NCBI GenBank assembly: GCA_037189525.1
Contig: JBBCJC010000002.1
Location: 1,280,001-1,344,000, forward strand
Origin: Gemmatimonadales bacterium
GTDB taxonomy: Bacteria > Gemmatimonadota > Gemmatimonadetes > Gemmatimonadales > GWC2-71-9
Reading direction: 5' to 3'
DNA: 64,000 nucleotides
In this document: one piece after another, positions 29,316 to 39,750 of the stretch
How positions within the stretch are numbered: the first letter of the stretch is position 1
Layout of the letters: every line of letters starts with the position of its first letter
Notes under the pieces: generated by a model
What the model saw: the letters and a program-made list of their open reading frames with translations, nothing else
What the model was told of the DNA's origin: nothing
Database searches by the model: none
Position numbers and translations under genes: made by a program

Positions 29316-30313
29316 GGCTGGCTTCGGATGGCACGCCGAGCTTCTCGCTCGGCGGCACGGATCCGAGCAATCGCGTTCAGGTGCTCGGCGTAGGTTCTGG
29401 TAAAGACGTGTTTGCCGTCTCGGCCGGCCACGAAGAAGAGGTAGGGTACCGGGGCCGGATCGAGTACCGCTTCGATGCTTTTCACGCTCGGCGCACCAAC
29501 CGGGCTCGGCGGGATCCCCGGAATGAGGTAGGTGTTGAAGGGCGACTGGAACTGATAGTCGCGTTCGAAGAGCCGGTTTTTGCGCTGCCCGGTCGCGAGC
29601 TGGATCGCATACTGGACCGTCGGGTCGGCCTGGAGCGGCATCCCGATCCGCAACCGATTCAAATACACGGCGGCGACCAGGGCGCGATCCTCGTCGACCC
29701 GCGCTTCGCCTTCCACGATCGACGCCATCGTCACCAGGTCGCGGCGCGACAATCCCTTCTCGGCCGCGCGCGCGTCCCATTCCGGACGCCAGGCGCGCTG
29801 GAAATGGGCCGCCATCTCGCGAACCAGATTGCGCCCGGTGATCAGGCGGGAGACGAAGTACGTCTCGGGTAGCAGGTGGCCCTCGAGCGACTCACCGTCG
29901 ACGTTGAACTCGCGGAGCAGGGCGGTATCCTGGGTCGCGGCGCGGATCGAGTCGGCCGGGATGCCGAGCCGCGCTTCCGCAGCAAGCGCAATGTCGGTGA
30001 TGGTAAACCCTTCGGGCACCGTGAACCGCTGGGTTTTTTCGCTGCCCATGGCCAGGGTGCGAAGGATCCGCCAGGCGCTTTCTCCCTGGGGAATCTCGTA
30101 GTACCCGGCTTTGATCTTCCGGTCGTAGCGACCCAGCCGTCCCAGCGTCTTGAACCAGCCCTGGTTGGGAATCAGCCCATGCGCGGCGAGCGTATCGGTC
30201 ACGGCCCGGAAGGTCGAGCCCACCGGAATGAATACCGGTTCCACCGGCGCCCCCGTAGGCGCGCCGCCGCAGCCGGCCAGCAGCAGGGCAATCAACGCGG
30301 CGCGGGATTTCAT
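29312..30313 (-). CDS. mltG: endolytic transglycosylase MltG
   Basis: TVPEG, LEGHLLPETY, ASIVEGE, LQADPTV, SPFNTY. Confidence 0.95.
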   Translation of the reverse strand: MKSRAALIALLLAGCGGAPTGAPVEPVFIPVGSTFRAVTDTLAAHGLIPNQGWFKTLGRLGRYDRKIKAGYYEIPQGESAWRILRTLAMGSEKTQRFTVPEGFTITDIALAAEARLGIPADSIRAATQDTALLREFNVDGESLEGHLLPETYFVSRLITGRNLVREMAAHFQRAWRPEWDARAAEKGLSRRDLVTMASIVEGEARVDEDRALVAAVYLNRLRIGMPLQADPTVQYAIQLATGQRKNRLFERDYQFQSPFNTYLIPGIPPSPVGAPSVKSIEAVLDPAPVPYLFFVAGRDGKHVFTRTYAEHLNAIARIRAAEREARRAIRSQP

Positions 30314-30804
30314 CGCTGCGCTCGCCGCGCGTCGAGAAAATGCTGGAGGAAGATCGCCGCGGCGAGGGAGTCGACGTCTTCCTTGCGCCCCCGGGTCGAG
30401 CCGCCCTGTTCGCGAATGGCGGCGAGGGCGCGGGCGGTCGACATCCGTTCATCCCAGAGCAGCAGCGGAAGTCCGGTGCGCCGGCCCAGCAGGTCGGCCA
30501 TCTCGCGGGCTTCGAGTGCCGACGCGCCGTCGTTACCCGAGGAATCGAGCGGCAGGCCGATCAGCAGTCCGACCGGTTGCTGGGCATCGAGGTGGATTTG
30601 CAGGGCGGGCATCGGGAACCGCTTTCCGACCCGCCGCGTCAACGTCGCGAGCGGGCTTGCCAGGGTCTGCGTCTCATCCGTGACGGCGAGCCCGATCCGG
30701 CGCTCGCCCCAATCGACCGCCAGGAGGCGGCCGGACGACGGGAGGGTGTCGAGCGCGGGGCCCTCGGTCGGAGGGAACTCCGACCCGTCGGGCGCCAGGC
30801 TCAT
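30310..30804 (-). CDS. ruvX: YqgF/RuvX nuclease
   Basis: [34 protein letters not shown]. Confidence 0.93.
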   Translation of the reverse strand: MSLAPDGSEFPPTEGPALDTLPSSGRLLAVDWGERRIGLAVTDETQTLASPLATLTRRVGKRFPMPALQIHLDAQQPVGLLIGLPLDSSGNDGASALEAREMADLLGRRTGLPLLLWDERMSTARALAAIREQGGSTRGRKEDVDSLAAAIFLQHFLDARRAQR

Positions 30805-32063
30805 TGCACCATCGTGGCGAAGAACTCCTTGTTGGTCTTGGTCCGCTTCATCCGTTCGAGGAGGAATTCCATCGCTTCGACCGGCGGCATGTCCGCCAGG
30901 AAGTTGCGGAGCAGGTAGACCCGGTTGAGCTCATCCTTGTCCATCAGGAGCTCTTCCTTACGGGTGCCGGACTTCTGGATGTCGATCGCCGGCCAGATGC
31001 GGCGGTCGGCCAGGCGCCGGTCGAGGACCAGTTCCATGTTACCGGTACCCTTGAACTCTTCGAAGATCACTTCGTCCATCCGCGATCCGGTGTCGATCAG
31101 CGCGGTCGCGATGATGGTGAGCGATCCGCCGCCGTCGATGTTCCGCGCAGCGCCGAAGAACCGCTTCGGCTTCTGGAGTGCGTTGGCGTCGACACCGCCC
31201 GAGAGGATCTTGCCCGAGTGCGGCACCACGACGTTGTGGGCGCGGGCCAGACGGGTAATCGAGTCGAGCAGGATGACCACGTCGCGGCCGTGCTCCACCA
31301 GACGCTTCGACTTTTCGATGACCATGTCGGCCACCTGGACGTGCCGGTCCGCCGGCTCGTCGAAGGTCGACGCAATCACCTCGGCGCGGACATTCTCTTG
31401 CATGTCCGTGACTTCTTCCGGGCGCTCGTCGATCAGCAGGACGATCAGCACCACTTCGGGGTGATTCTCGGTGATCGCGTTGGCCAGCTTCTGCATTAGG
31501 ATCGTCTTACCGGCCTTGGGCTGCGCGACGATCAGGCCGCGCTGTCCCTTGCCGATCGGCGAGAGCAGATCGACCACGCGCATCGAGATGTCGCCCTTCT
31601 TGCTCTCGAGCTTGATCCGCGCGTCGGGATAGCGGGGCCGCAGGTTGTCGAACGCGATCCGGTGCTTGGTCTTTTCGGGTTCTTCGTAGTTGACCCGCTC
31701 GACCTTGAGCAGCGCGAGGTAGCGCTCACCCTCTTTGGGCGGGCGAACCTGACCCATGACGGTGTCGCCGGTGCGGAGATCGAAACGCTTGATCTGGCTC
31801 GGGCTGACGTAGATGTCGTCCGGACCGTAGAGGTAGTTCCAGTCCTGGCTGCGGAGGAAACCATATCCTTCCGGCAGGATCTCGAGCACGCCCTCGCCCC
31901 GGATGACGGTATCCTTGTCGAGCAGCGACTGCTCGATTCGGAAGATCAAATCCTGCTTGCGCAGGCCCGAGTAGTTGGTAATGTTCAACTCTTGGGCCAG
32001 CTGATGCAGTTCAGCGACTGATTTCTGCTTCAGTTCTGATATATCCACGGGAGGGTGCCTCAT
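30801..32063 (-). CDS. rho: transcription termination factor Rho
   Basis: [46 protein letters not shown]. Confidence 0.98.
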   Translation of the reverse strand: MRHPPVDISELKQKSVAELHQLAQELNITNYSGLRKQDLIFRIEQSLLDKDTVIRGEGVLEILPEGYGFLRSQDWNYLYGPDDIYVSPSQIKRFDLRTGDTVMGQVRPPKEGERYLALLKVERVNYEEPEKTKHRIAFDNLRPRYPDARIKLESKKGDISMRVVDLLSPIGKGQRGLIVAQPKAGKTILMQKLANAITENHPEVVLIVLLIDERPEEVTDMQENVRAEVIASTFDEPADRHVQVADMVIEKSKRLVEHGRDVVILLDSITRLARAHNVVVPHSGKILSGGVDANALQKPKRFFGAARNIDGGGSLTIIATALIDTGSRMDEVIFEEFKGTGNMELVLDRRLADRRIWPAIDIQKSGTRKEELLMDKDELNRVYLLRNFLADMPPVEAMEFLLERMKRTKTNKEFFATMVQ

Positions 32064-32192
32064 GTCCGCCGTCGAAGCGACGGGGGGACGGGTGAAGATG
32101 ACAAAGTTGCCTATTCAAGAGCCCCAGAACCGGAGCGATATTGTAGTTGGCCGAGACGATGCTTTCGGGGGTTCATACCGGATGGATAAATC

Positions 32193-32221
32193 ATTTTAGC
32201 GAACCAACCTACCTCCGTCAA
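32193..32221 (-). promoter_or_regulatory. sigma-70 promoter of the rho operon
   Basis: Minus strand TTGACG-17-TAAAAT. Confidence 0.75.
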
Positions 32222-32228
32222 GACCGGC

Positions 32229-33362
32229 GTGGATCAATTCGAGCGGTTCTTTAGCGCCTGGCGTACCATCCGTTGCGGTTCCCGTGAAGCCATCGATGCT
32301 CTGGTGTTGCCGGCGCATACGGCCCCGTCGCCGGATCTCTCGGCGTTCCTGGCTGGTTGGCGGGGGGCCTACTACTGGGCCGACCGGCCAGCGGGCCATT
32401 TGGTCCTCATCCGCGCTGTAGAAAGAGACGTCCCGGTCCGGTGGATCACGCACGTCGTCCTCTTTCTCCTGACCCTGGTCTTTTCCCTGGCGGCCGGGGC
32501 CGCGATGGCGGGGGTTTGGTACCCGGTCGACAATCCGGGCTTTCTGGTCGGGCTCGGTCGGGACCTGGTCGATTTTGTCCGCGGGATCGCAGCCGGCGAC
32601 TGGAAGCTCTTCCTCGGCGGCTGGTCATTCGCGGTTCCCGCGATCGGGATTCTCCTGATTCATGAACTGGGGCACTATTGGGCCGCCCGCCGGTATCTGA
32701 TCGACGCGAGCCCGCCCTATTTTCTTCCGGTGCCTCCGTCGGTGTCGCCGATCGGGAGCTTCGGGGCGTTCATCCGGGTTCAGAGCCCGGTCATCGACCG
32801 GCGCCAGCTGGCCGACGTTGGCGCGGCGGGCCCGCTTGCCGGGTTCGTGGTGGCCCTGGGTGTGATGATCTGGGGGTACCTGACCTCGGAGCGGGTGGCC
32901 TGGGAGCCCGGGCTGGCCAAGAGCTATGTCGTTTTTGCCGGGCAGCTGATCCGGCTGGGCGACTCGCTGCTGACGTATTGGCTGCGGGAGTGGCTGCTCC
33001 CGGGGGGGACGGCCGTGCACCTGAGCCTGCCCGCCTTTGCCGGCTGGGTCGGGTGTTTTCTGACCGGCCTCAACCTGCTGCCGCTGAGCCAGCTCGATGG
33101 CGGCCATATCGCCTACGGATATCTCGGGAAGCGGCAGCACTGGCTGGCGATGATCACGGTCGCTGCGCTGCTCTTCCTGTCCCAGTACTCGTTCAGCTGG
33201 CTGATCTGGGTCGTGATGGCATTCGTGATCGGCGGCGGGCGCCTCTCGCATCCGCCGGTGGTGGTGCCGGATCGTCCCATTCCCGCCCGGCGCGCCTGGG
33301 TGGGCGTGGCATGCCTGATCGTGTTCGTGATAACCTTCGTCCCAATCCCCCTCGTCATGTGA
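32229..33362 (+). CDS. site-2 protease (M50 family)
   Basis: HELGH, AGPLAG, NLLPLSQLDGGH, multiple TM helices. Confidence 0.93.
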   Translation: MDQFERFFSAWRTIRCGSREAIDALVLPAHTAPSPDLSAFLAGWRGAYYWADRPAGHLVLIRAVERDVPVRWITHVVLFLLTLVFSLAAGAAMAGVWYPVDNPGFLVGLGRDLVDFVRGIAAGDWKLFLGGWSFAVPAIGILLIHELGHYWAARRYLIDASPPYFLPVPPSVSPIGSFGAFIRVQSPVIDRRQLADVGAAGPLAGFVVALGVMIWGYLTSERVAWEPGLAKSYVVFAGQLIRLGDSLLTYWLREWLLPGGTAVHLSLPAFAGWVGCFLTGLNLLPLSQLDGGHIAYGYLGKRQHWLAMITVAALLFLSQYSFSWLIWVVMAFVIGGGRLSHPPVVVPDRPIPARRAWVGVACLIVFVITFVPIPLVM

Positions 33363-33568
33363 GTCCGGATGTGAGCGACCCCGATGCGCTGTATACGCTC
33401 CGGCACGACCTGGCCAATCCACTGGCCGCGCTCTTGGCCGAGACGCAGTTGCTGCTGATGGAGCCCGAGAAACTGGACGAGGAGACGCTGACCTCGTTAC
33501 GGGAGATCGAGAAGCTGGCGATTCGGATGCGCTCGATCCTGCGCGGCGAGCACCGCAGTACTCAGTAG
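33359..33568 (+). CDS. stand-alone HisKA (DHp) mini-protein
   Basis: LRHDLANPLAALLAETQLL H-box and a two-helix hairpin only; GTGA overlap with the protease stop. Confidence 0.75.
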   Translation: MSPDVSDPDALYTLRHDLANPLAALLAETQLLLMEPEKLDEETLTSLREIEKLAIRMRSILRGEHRSTQ

Positions 33569-33605
33569 GCATCGCGGCAGGAACGCCGGTCTCTGTGGGG
33601 CGTTC

Positions 33606-34121
33606 TCAGGGCGATGTCGAATCTGTCGGATAAAGTACCAGCCGCACCGTGTCATAGACCGGTGGTTGGCCCAGCGGAGCCAGCGTGATTCGCTTGACGA
33701 CAGAGCCGCTGGCGAAGGGTAGAACCTTTTCCCCTATCACGATGACGTCCGGTTGGGCGGTCCAGGAGGCGGAGATCCGTACCGTTGCCGTATCCGGAGT
33801 CGTCTCCGGTTGGGCAAGGGTGCGGGTCACCTCGAGCTGAACCGGCTCGCCATTCAAGCGATGTACCTCGGTCATGGTCGAGACGCCACCCCGCTGGTTG
33901 ATGCCTGCCAGATGGACGGTCAACCAGCTGACCCGGCGCGGCAAGAGCTGGACGATGGGCCCACCGTCTTCCGTCGTCAGATAGACCACGATACGAGCGC
34001 AGCCCCAATTGCCGAACTCGTCCGTCATGCGGCACACCTCTTCGGAGGGACCTGATGCGCAGCCGCCGGATAGCAGAATGACCGCGAGGCTCGTCGCGCT
34101 GATGAAAGAAGGACGCTTCAC
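33606..34121 (-). CDS. hypothetical lipoprotein
   Basis: MKR..LAVILLSGGC signal/lipobox-like N-terminus. Confidence 0.6.
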   Translation of the reverse strand: MKRPSFISATSLAVILLSGGCASGPSEEVCRMTDEFGNWGCARIVVYLTTEDGGPIVQLLPRRVSWLTVHLAGINQRGGVSTMTEVHRLNGEPVQLEVTRTLAQPETTPDTATVRISASWTAQPDVIVIGEKVLPFASGSVVKRITLAPLGQPPVYDTVRLVLYPTDSTSP

Positions 34122-34136
34122 GGTTCGACCACGGGC

Positions 34137-34664
34137 TCAGCAGACCGGGTACTGGACGCCCGGTATCTGGGCCGAGGCCCAGAGATAGAGGGTGTCTGGC
34201 GGTTGTGCCGGGGCGGCCTCGAGCTGTCGAATGGCCACCTTGCGCTGCACCTCGGAACATACGAACCAACTGTACCGGTTGCGCAGGGCATGTACGCCTA
34301 CGAAGATCACATGTTTCCGCTCAACGGGAAGCGCGGCTGTGATCTGTGCGAGGGTGTCGCCGTTTGGGGTCACCAGCGCCACGGTGATCGGCCAGCCCGG
34401 GTTATCCGCCAGCGTGAGTGAACTGCTCCGGTAGTAGCTGCCATCCAGTTGGAAATCAGCGCCGCGCATCACGACCTGTCCGTCCGGGCCGCCGACGACT
34501 TGGAGATAGCTCGCCGGAAGCGTCGACGCGCCGAAGTACCCGACGTCGAGAATAGCCGGCGCCTCCTCCGGCTCGGAAGTGGAGGAGTGACAGCCACCCA
34601 GGCCAACCCAAGTCGCGGCGGCCAAGATCGAAAGGCCGAACCGGCGGGAGCGATCGATCTGCAT
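34137..34664 (-). CDS. hypothetical lipoprotein
   Basis: GGAGA RBS, MQIDRSRRFGLSILAAATWVGLGGC lipobox-like. Confidence 0.6.
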   Translation of the reverse strand: MQIDRSRRFGLSILAAATWVGLGGCHSSTSEPEEAPAILDVGYFGASTLPASYLQVVGGPDGQVVMRGADFQLDGSYYRSSSLTLADNPGWPITVALVTPNGDTLAQITAALPVERKHVIFVGVHALRNRYSWFVCSEVQRKVAIRQLEAAPAQPPDTLYLWASAQIPGVQYPVC

Positions 34665-34762
34665 GTCTCCAAGATGGGCCGTCGTCGCTCGTGGTGCAGT
34701 GACGGAGATCACCATTGGATTAGCGCCTGTCGGAGGGCGGTAGCCCGGTGTCGGGCGGCGGC

Positions 34763-37288
34763 CTAGCGTTCGTTGCGGAGCGCTTCGATCGGGTTGATTC
34801 GTCCGATCGGACGCGCCACTAGGTATGCACTGCCGGCCACGGCACCGGCAAGCATCGCGGCCGTGGTGATGAGCAGTACGGCACCGAATGCTTCTCCTCC
34901 GAATAGGAGGTGGTTGCGGGCGCCGAACAAGGCGCTGCTCAGGAGGCGTGACAGCCCCAGCGTCAGGCTGATCCCGATCACCCCGGCCAGCACGCCGATC
35001 ATGGTCGTTCGGAGCACCAGCCATCCCACCAAGCGCCTCGGGATGGCTCCCAGGGCCAGCCTGATTCCCATTTCCCGATAACGCGCCAGGACGACCTCGT
35101 TGACGGCGCTCGCGATGCTGGCGAGCGACAGTACCAGGCCGAGCATGGCGACCCACTGCATAGCCCGGAGGTTGAACCGGAGCCGGACCATGCCCCAGGT
35201 GTCGAGCGCCATGTCGTCGAACCGCTGAATTGCTTCGACCCGAAAGCCCGGCGCTGCCGACTCGATCGCGGTCACGAGTGCGCCGCGGGCGCGGCCGTCG
35301 AGCCGGTCGGTGCGCATTGCCACCGTTAGTGCTCCTGTCCATGGTATCTGATGCGGCGTTCGGTCGACGAACTGGCTGAGCGGCTGGAAGAAGGACGGAT
35401 AGAACTCGCCCGGGTACATCGCAGCGTATCGGTAGGCCTCCTGATTGACCGGGTGGGTGTTGGCGACGACGCCCACGACCGTGAGCCAAGGGTACGGAGA
35501 TGTGAGGCTTCCGATCTTGAATCGGCGCCCGATCGGGTTTTCACCTGGCCACCAGGCTCGGGCGGTCTGTTCCGTGACGAGCGCAACCGGCTCCGTACCG
35601 CGGCGGTCGGCGTCGGTGATATCGCGGCCGTCGATTACACGGAGGCCGATTGCGTTCACGAACCCCGGAAGGACACCCGTTGCGTTCAATGGCGCGGTGC
35701 AGTCCGTGGGATGGCGACAGTTGGCGATGAGACGTCGTTCGACGCCGGCGATCGTCACCCAGGGCTCACCGCGTTCGGCCATGACGCTGGGCGAGGCGGT
35801 GCGCCAGACGGTCGGGGTACGAACGCCTGCCACGCCCGCGATCCCGCGCGCGATGGCGTCCGCCGCCGCGTATCGGTCCGCATCGGACATCTGTCCGGCA
35901 TTTCGGGGCATGAGCGATGCCGCCACCAGGTCCTTCGTCTCGAAGCCGAGGTCGGCGTGGCGGACTCGGGTGAGCGACCGGGCCGGTGTTGCTGCCGTTG
36001 CCACGAGGACGACGGTGACAGCAAGCTGTGCAACGATCAGGCCAGTTCGTAGGAGGTTGCGCCCGCCACCGGCGACCGTGCCTACCGATCCGTCGGAACC
36101 GCCTGCCTGGAGATTCGATTCTCGTAAGGTCAGGATGCCTCCGATGGCACCCGCAACCGCGATAGTGCATCCGATCAGGAACGTGGCGCCGATGGCGCTC
36201 CAGTCGGGGCGCAGCTCGACGGCCAGCCCCAGTCGATGTTGAAGGAGAGGCCCTACGATCCGGAGGCTGATGAGCCCGGCGACGATCCCGAATCCGCTGG
36301 CGATCGCTCCGAGCACCGCTTGTTCGAGCAGTGCCACGGTGCGAAGCTGACTGCGTGAGGCGCCCAAGGCGGCCAGGATGGCAAACTCACCGGCCCGCCC
36401 CAACGTACGTCCGATGCCGATCAGCTGGAGCGTCAGGGCAAGTAGCGCCAGGATGGCCAGGTTGATCGTAATTGCCGTCCGGACCAAGTCGCTGTTACCC
36501 GTCTCGAGGTGGCTTGCGAGCGGGATGGCTATCAGTCCAGGACGCTCGTCTGTTGGCTGAGTAGCCGGCCACAGTTCGTCGGCCAGTACCCTCAACCGTG
36601 TGCGCAGCGCCGCGAACGCACCGGGCTCGGTGACCCGGACCAGGCCGCCGAAGAACCCCGTGCCGCTGTGCCGGTCCGCCTCGATGCCGTTAGTCAGGAG
36701 ATCGGTGCCCATCGGATACTCGGCTCCTGCCCGAAGCACCCCGACGATCTGGTACTGTTCACCGTCCAGATCGAGACGCTGCCCAATCACATCCGATGAA
36801 CGCGCGAAGTGCCTCCGCCATGCCGTTTCGGAGAGTAGCGCTACTCGAGGGGCTCCCGCGATGTCGTCGGCCGGCAGCAGCGGGCGGCCTGCGTGTACCG
36901 GACTGGTATGGAGCGCCGTGATTCGGCTCGAGGTTGCTGTGCCGGAGAACGTTCCGTGCCCATCGCCGTTCCGCCAATTGAAGCTGCGCATCCTAAAGGG
37001 AATGAACTCCGGCCCGACGACGTCACGGGCAATATGTTCCAGCGAGGCGCGGTCGAGCCAGTCGGGACAAAGGGTATCACATTGCCGATCGGTCGATGCC
37101 ATGACCACCGCGACCGAAGCGGGGTCGCGAAACTCGGCGAACCGAGCGTTGGTGGCATATTGGATCGACACAATGATCGTCGTCAGGGCGATGATCGGCC
37201 CCATGACGAGGACGAAGAACGCCGAGTGGGTGCGGGAGCGCCAAATCGAACGCAGCGATCGACGTATACCTGCAAGCAGCCATGTCAT
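34763..37288 (-). CDS. duplicated orphan ABC permease (ADOP/MacB-like)
   Basis: Two MacB_PCD-FtsX repeats, EFAILAALGAS and REMGIRLALGA, INPIEALR. Confidence 0.85.
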   Translation of the reverse strand: MTWLLAGIRRSLRSIWRSRTHSAFFVLVMGPIIALTTIIVSIQYATNARFAEFRDPASVAVVMASTDRQCDTLCPDWLDRASLEHIARDVVGPEFIPFRMRSFNWRNGDGHGTFSGTATSSRITALHTSPVHAGRPLLPADDIAGAPRVALLSETAWRRHFARSSDVIGQRLDLDGEQYQIVGVLRAGAEYPMGTDLLTNGIEADRHSGTGFFGGLVRVTEPGAFAALRTRLRVLADELWPATQPTDERPGLIAIPLASHLETGNSDLVRTAITINLAILALLALTLQLIGIGRTLGRAGEFAILAALGASRSQLRTVALLEQAVLGAIASGFGIVAGLISLRIVGPLLQHRLGLAVELRPDWSAIGATFLIGCTIAVAGAIGGILTLRESNLQAGGSDGSVGTVAGGGRNLLRTGLIVAQLAVTVVLVATAATPARSLTRVRHADLGFETKDLVAASLMPRNAGQMSDADRYAAADAIARGIAGVAGVRTPTVWRTASPSVMAERGEPWVTIAGVERRLIANCRHPTDCTAPLNATGVLPGFVNAIGLRVIDGRDITDADRRGTEPVALVTEQTARAWWPGENPIGRRFKIGSLTSPYPWLTVVGVVANTHPVNQEAYRYAAMYPGEFYPSFFQPLSQFVDRTPHQIPWTGALTVAMRTDRLDGRARGALVTAIESAAPGFRVEAIQRFDDMALDTWGMVRLRFNLRAMQWVAMLGLVLSLASIASAVNEVVLARYREMGIRLALGAIPRRLVGWLVLRTTMIGVLAGVIGISLTLGLSRLLSSALFGARNHLLFGGEAFGAVLLITTAAMLAGAVAGSAYLVARPIGRINPIEALRNER

Positions 37289-37373
37289 CCGATGGCCCCC
37301 GGCTAGAGGATTGGTCCTACTATGGCGTCGGCGCTGGGGAAGCGCGCGAGGTATGGTGAATCCGATCGCGAAG

Positions 37374-39611
37374 TCAGTGATCAGCGACGCGCGCGTTGCC
37401 GGCTGTTCCGTCGAGGACCTGGCGGACCCCGCGCGCGAGCGCGCTCATCCGATACGGTTTCTGGAGGAAGGCGTCCGCACCTGCCGCCAGCAGGCTTTGG
37501 ACCACTTCGTTCATTTCATACCCGCTCGAGATCATGACGCGCAGGTCCGGGCGCGCCGCCTTCAGGAACGGGAATGCCTCGGCGCCTCCAGCCAGGGGCA
37601 TGCCGAGGTCGAGGATGCAGAGGTGAAGCGCGCCGTCGTGCGTTCGCGCCGCTTCCACCGCCTCGACGCCGTCGCGGGCAACCACGACCCGATACTGGAG
37701 GCGCTCGAGTAGCGTTTTGGTGATGTCGAGGACGGCCTCGTCGTCGTCCACCAGGAGGATCGTTTCACGACCGGTCGGGAACGGCTGCGGTTCCGGAACC
37801 ACGGTAGCGGGCACCGAAGCAACCGCAGGGAAGTAGGCACTGAAGGTGGTGCCTTTGCCGAGGGTGCTCTCCACCCCGATGTAACCGCGGTGGTTCTTGA
37901 CGATCCCGTACGCGGCTGCGAGTCCCAGCCCGCGTCCCTGGAACTTCGTGCTGAAGAACGGCTCGAAGATCTTCGACAGCGCCACCGGTTCGATGCCGGT
38001 GCCCGTGTCGCTGACCTGAATCAGCACCGCCGGCCCCACGCGGAGCCCCGGCTTGTTACGGATGTCGTTGTCGGTCAGGCGAATCTGCCTGGTGCGCACG
38101 GTGAGCCGGCCCACGCCCGGCGTCGCTTCGGTGGCGTTGATGCACAAATTGGTCACGACCTGACCGATCTGGACCGGATCGGCATCGATTGCGGGGCTCG
38201 TCGGATCGAGATCGACCTCGAGTTGGACTCGCGGCGGCATGGCGTGCTTCTGGAGATGTAGCGCTTGGGTCACGATCTCGTTGACCGAGACGGCCGAGGT
38301 CTGGTACTTGCCTCCTCGGGCATAAGCGAGCAGTTGCTGGGCCAGGGCTCCGCCGCGTTTGGCGGAGTCGGCCACCTGGGTCAGACGCGAGGGCGCATCA
38401 GGAAATCCCGGGTCCGCCAGCAACAGCTCGGCATTGCCGAGGATCGAAGTCATCAGGTTGTTGAAGTCGTGCGCGACGCCCGCGGCGAGTGTGGCGGTTG
38501 CTTCCATACGCGAGGCGGTGCGCAGGATCTCCTCGGTGCGCATCCGCTCCGTGATGTCGCGCGTGATGCAGGTGATCGACGGCGCCCCGGTACTGGTTGT
38601 GGCTGCCTGCGCCGTCATCTCGCACCACAGAGTCGACTCGTCGGGTCGGAGCAAGCGAAAGGTCGTCAGCCGTTCGGCATCGCCGACGGAGGCTCGGGCA
38701 ATGGCCGTGGCGACGACCGCACGGTCTTCCTGATGGACCAGCTCCACCAGCGAGAGGCCGACCAGGCTCTCGGGTGATCGCTGCAGCAGCGTGATGGCGG
38801 ATTTGGACGCAAAGAGGAACTGTCCGTCGGGCGTGTGCTGCGAAATCAGATCGTGGCTACCCTCGGTCAGGCGACGAAACCGGAGCTCCGCCGTCTCGAA
38901 CTCGGCTTTGGTCCGGTGCAGCGCCGTCACGTCCTGGGTGACGACGAGCACCGAGGAGAGCGATCCGTCGGCGCGCTGTTCCGGCAGCGCCGAGCCCGCA
39001 AACCACCGGGTTCCGCCGCCCAGTTCCTGGGAAAAACCGAATCGCCGCGGGTTGGCGGACTGGACGACGTATTGCACCGCCTCGCTCCAGGCTTGAGCCG
39101 CCGCCTGTGACAGTCCGATGTCTGATGGGGTCCGGCCCAGCAGCCGGCTCGGGTGCGCACCGAAGACGCCATGCGCGGCGACATTGGCAAAGATCAGTCG
39201 CTGCTCGTGATCGAACCGGGCGACCGCAATCGGGAGTCGGTCGAGGGTCTCCGCCGGCGTCGGCGCGGTGCCGGTCAGGGTGGGCCGGAAGTAGGCGGCC
39301 GTCAGTCGCTGGTGCTCGAGCGGTACGGCGCGGAAGGCGACCGACAGGCGGAGGATGTGTCCATCGCGATGCCGGGCGACAAAGGTCGTGCTTTCGCCCA
39401 ATCCGGCGGCGGTGTCGTCCGCGCGGCTCGTCGGGAGGGTCGGAACGACTTCATGCAGGGGACGGCCCAGGAGCTCGACGCGACGGTAGCCGAAGAGCGA
39501 TTCCGCCGAGTGATTCACGATCACGATACGGTCCTGGTCGTCCGCCACGATCGCGGGATCGGGGGCGTATTCCAGGAATGAGACGAGCGAGTCGATCCCC
39601 TGGTCGGTCAT
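37374..39611 (-). CDS. multi-PAS hybrid sensor histidine kinase
   Basis: Three PAS-like domains, AHDFNNLM, FEPFFSTK, GLGL, C-terminal REC (LDLGMP). Confidence 0.93.
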   Translation of the reverse strand: MTDQGIDSLVSFLEYAPDPAIVADDQDRIVIVNHSAESLFGYRRVELLGRPLHEVVPTLPTSRADDTAAGLGESTTFVARHRDGHILRLSVAFRAVPLEHQRLTAAYFRPTLTGTAPTPAETLDRLPIAVARFDHEQRLIFANVAAHGVFGAHPSRLLGRTPSDIGLSQAAAQAWSEAVQYVVQSANPRRFGFSQELGGGTRWFAGSALPEQRADGSLSSVLVVTQDVTALHRTKAEFETAELRFRRLTEGSHDLISQHTPDGQFLFASKSAITLLQRSPESLVGLSLVELVHQEDRAVVATAIARASVGDAERLTTFRLLRPDESTLWCEMTAQAATTSTGAPSITCITRDITERMRTEEILRTASRMEATATLAAGVAHDFNNLMTSILGNAELLLADPGFPDAPSRLTQVADSAKRGGALAQQLLAYARGGKYQTSAVSVNEIVTQALHLQKHAMPPRVQLEVDLDPTSPAIDADPVQIGQVVTNLCINATEATPGVGRLTVRTRQIRLTDNDIRNKPGLRVGPAVLIQVSDTGTGIEPVALSKIFEPFFSTKFQGRGLGLAAAYGIVKNHRGYIGVESTLGKGTTFSAYFPAVASVPATVVPEPQPFPTGRETILLVDDDEAVLDITKTLLERLQYRVVVARDGVEAVEAARTHDGALHLCILDLGMPLAGGAEAFPFLKAARPDLRVMISSGYEMNEVVQSLLAAGADAFLQKPYRMSALARGVRQVLDGTAGNARVADH

Positions 39612-39750
39612 GGCCTTGCAATCGGAGACGAGATCTCGAAGGAGTCGAGATGCCCGAAATCTGATCGCAGCCGAGTGCGATTTCAACCGAACGGCAAGGA
39701 GGGACGACCAGGGCGTCAGCTGCGCTCGAATCGGACCCGGCCAGGCGGCA

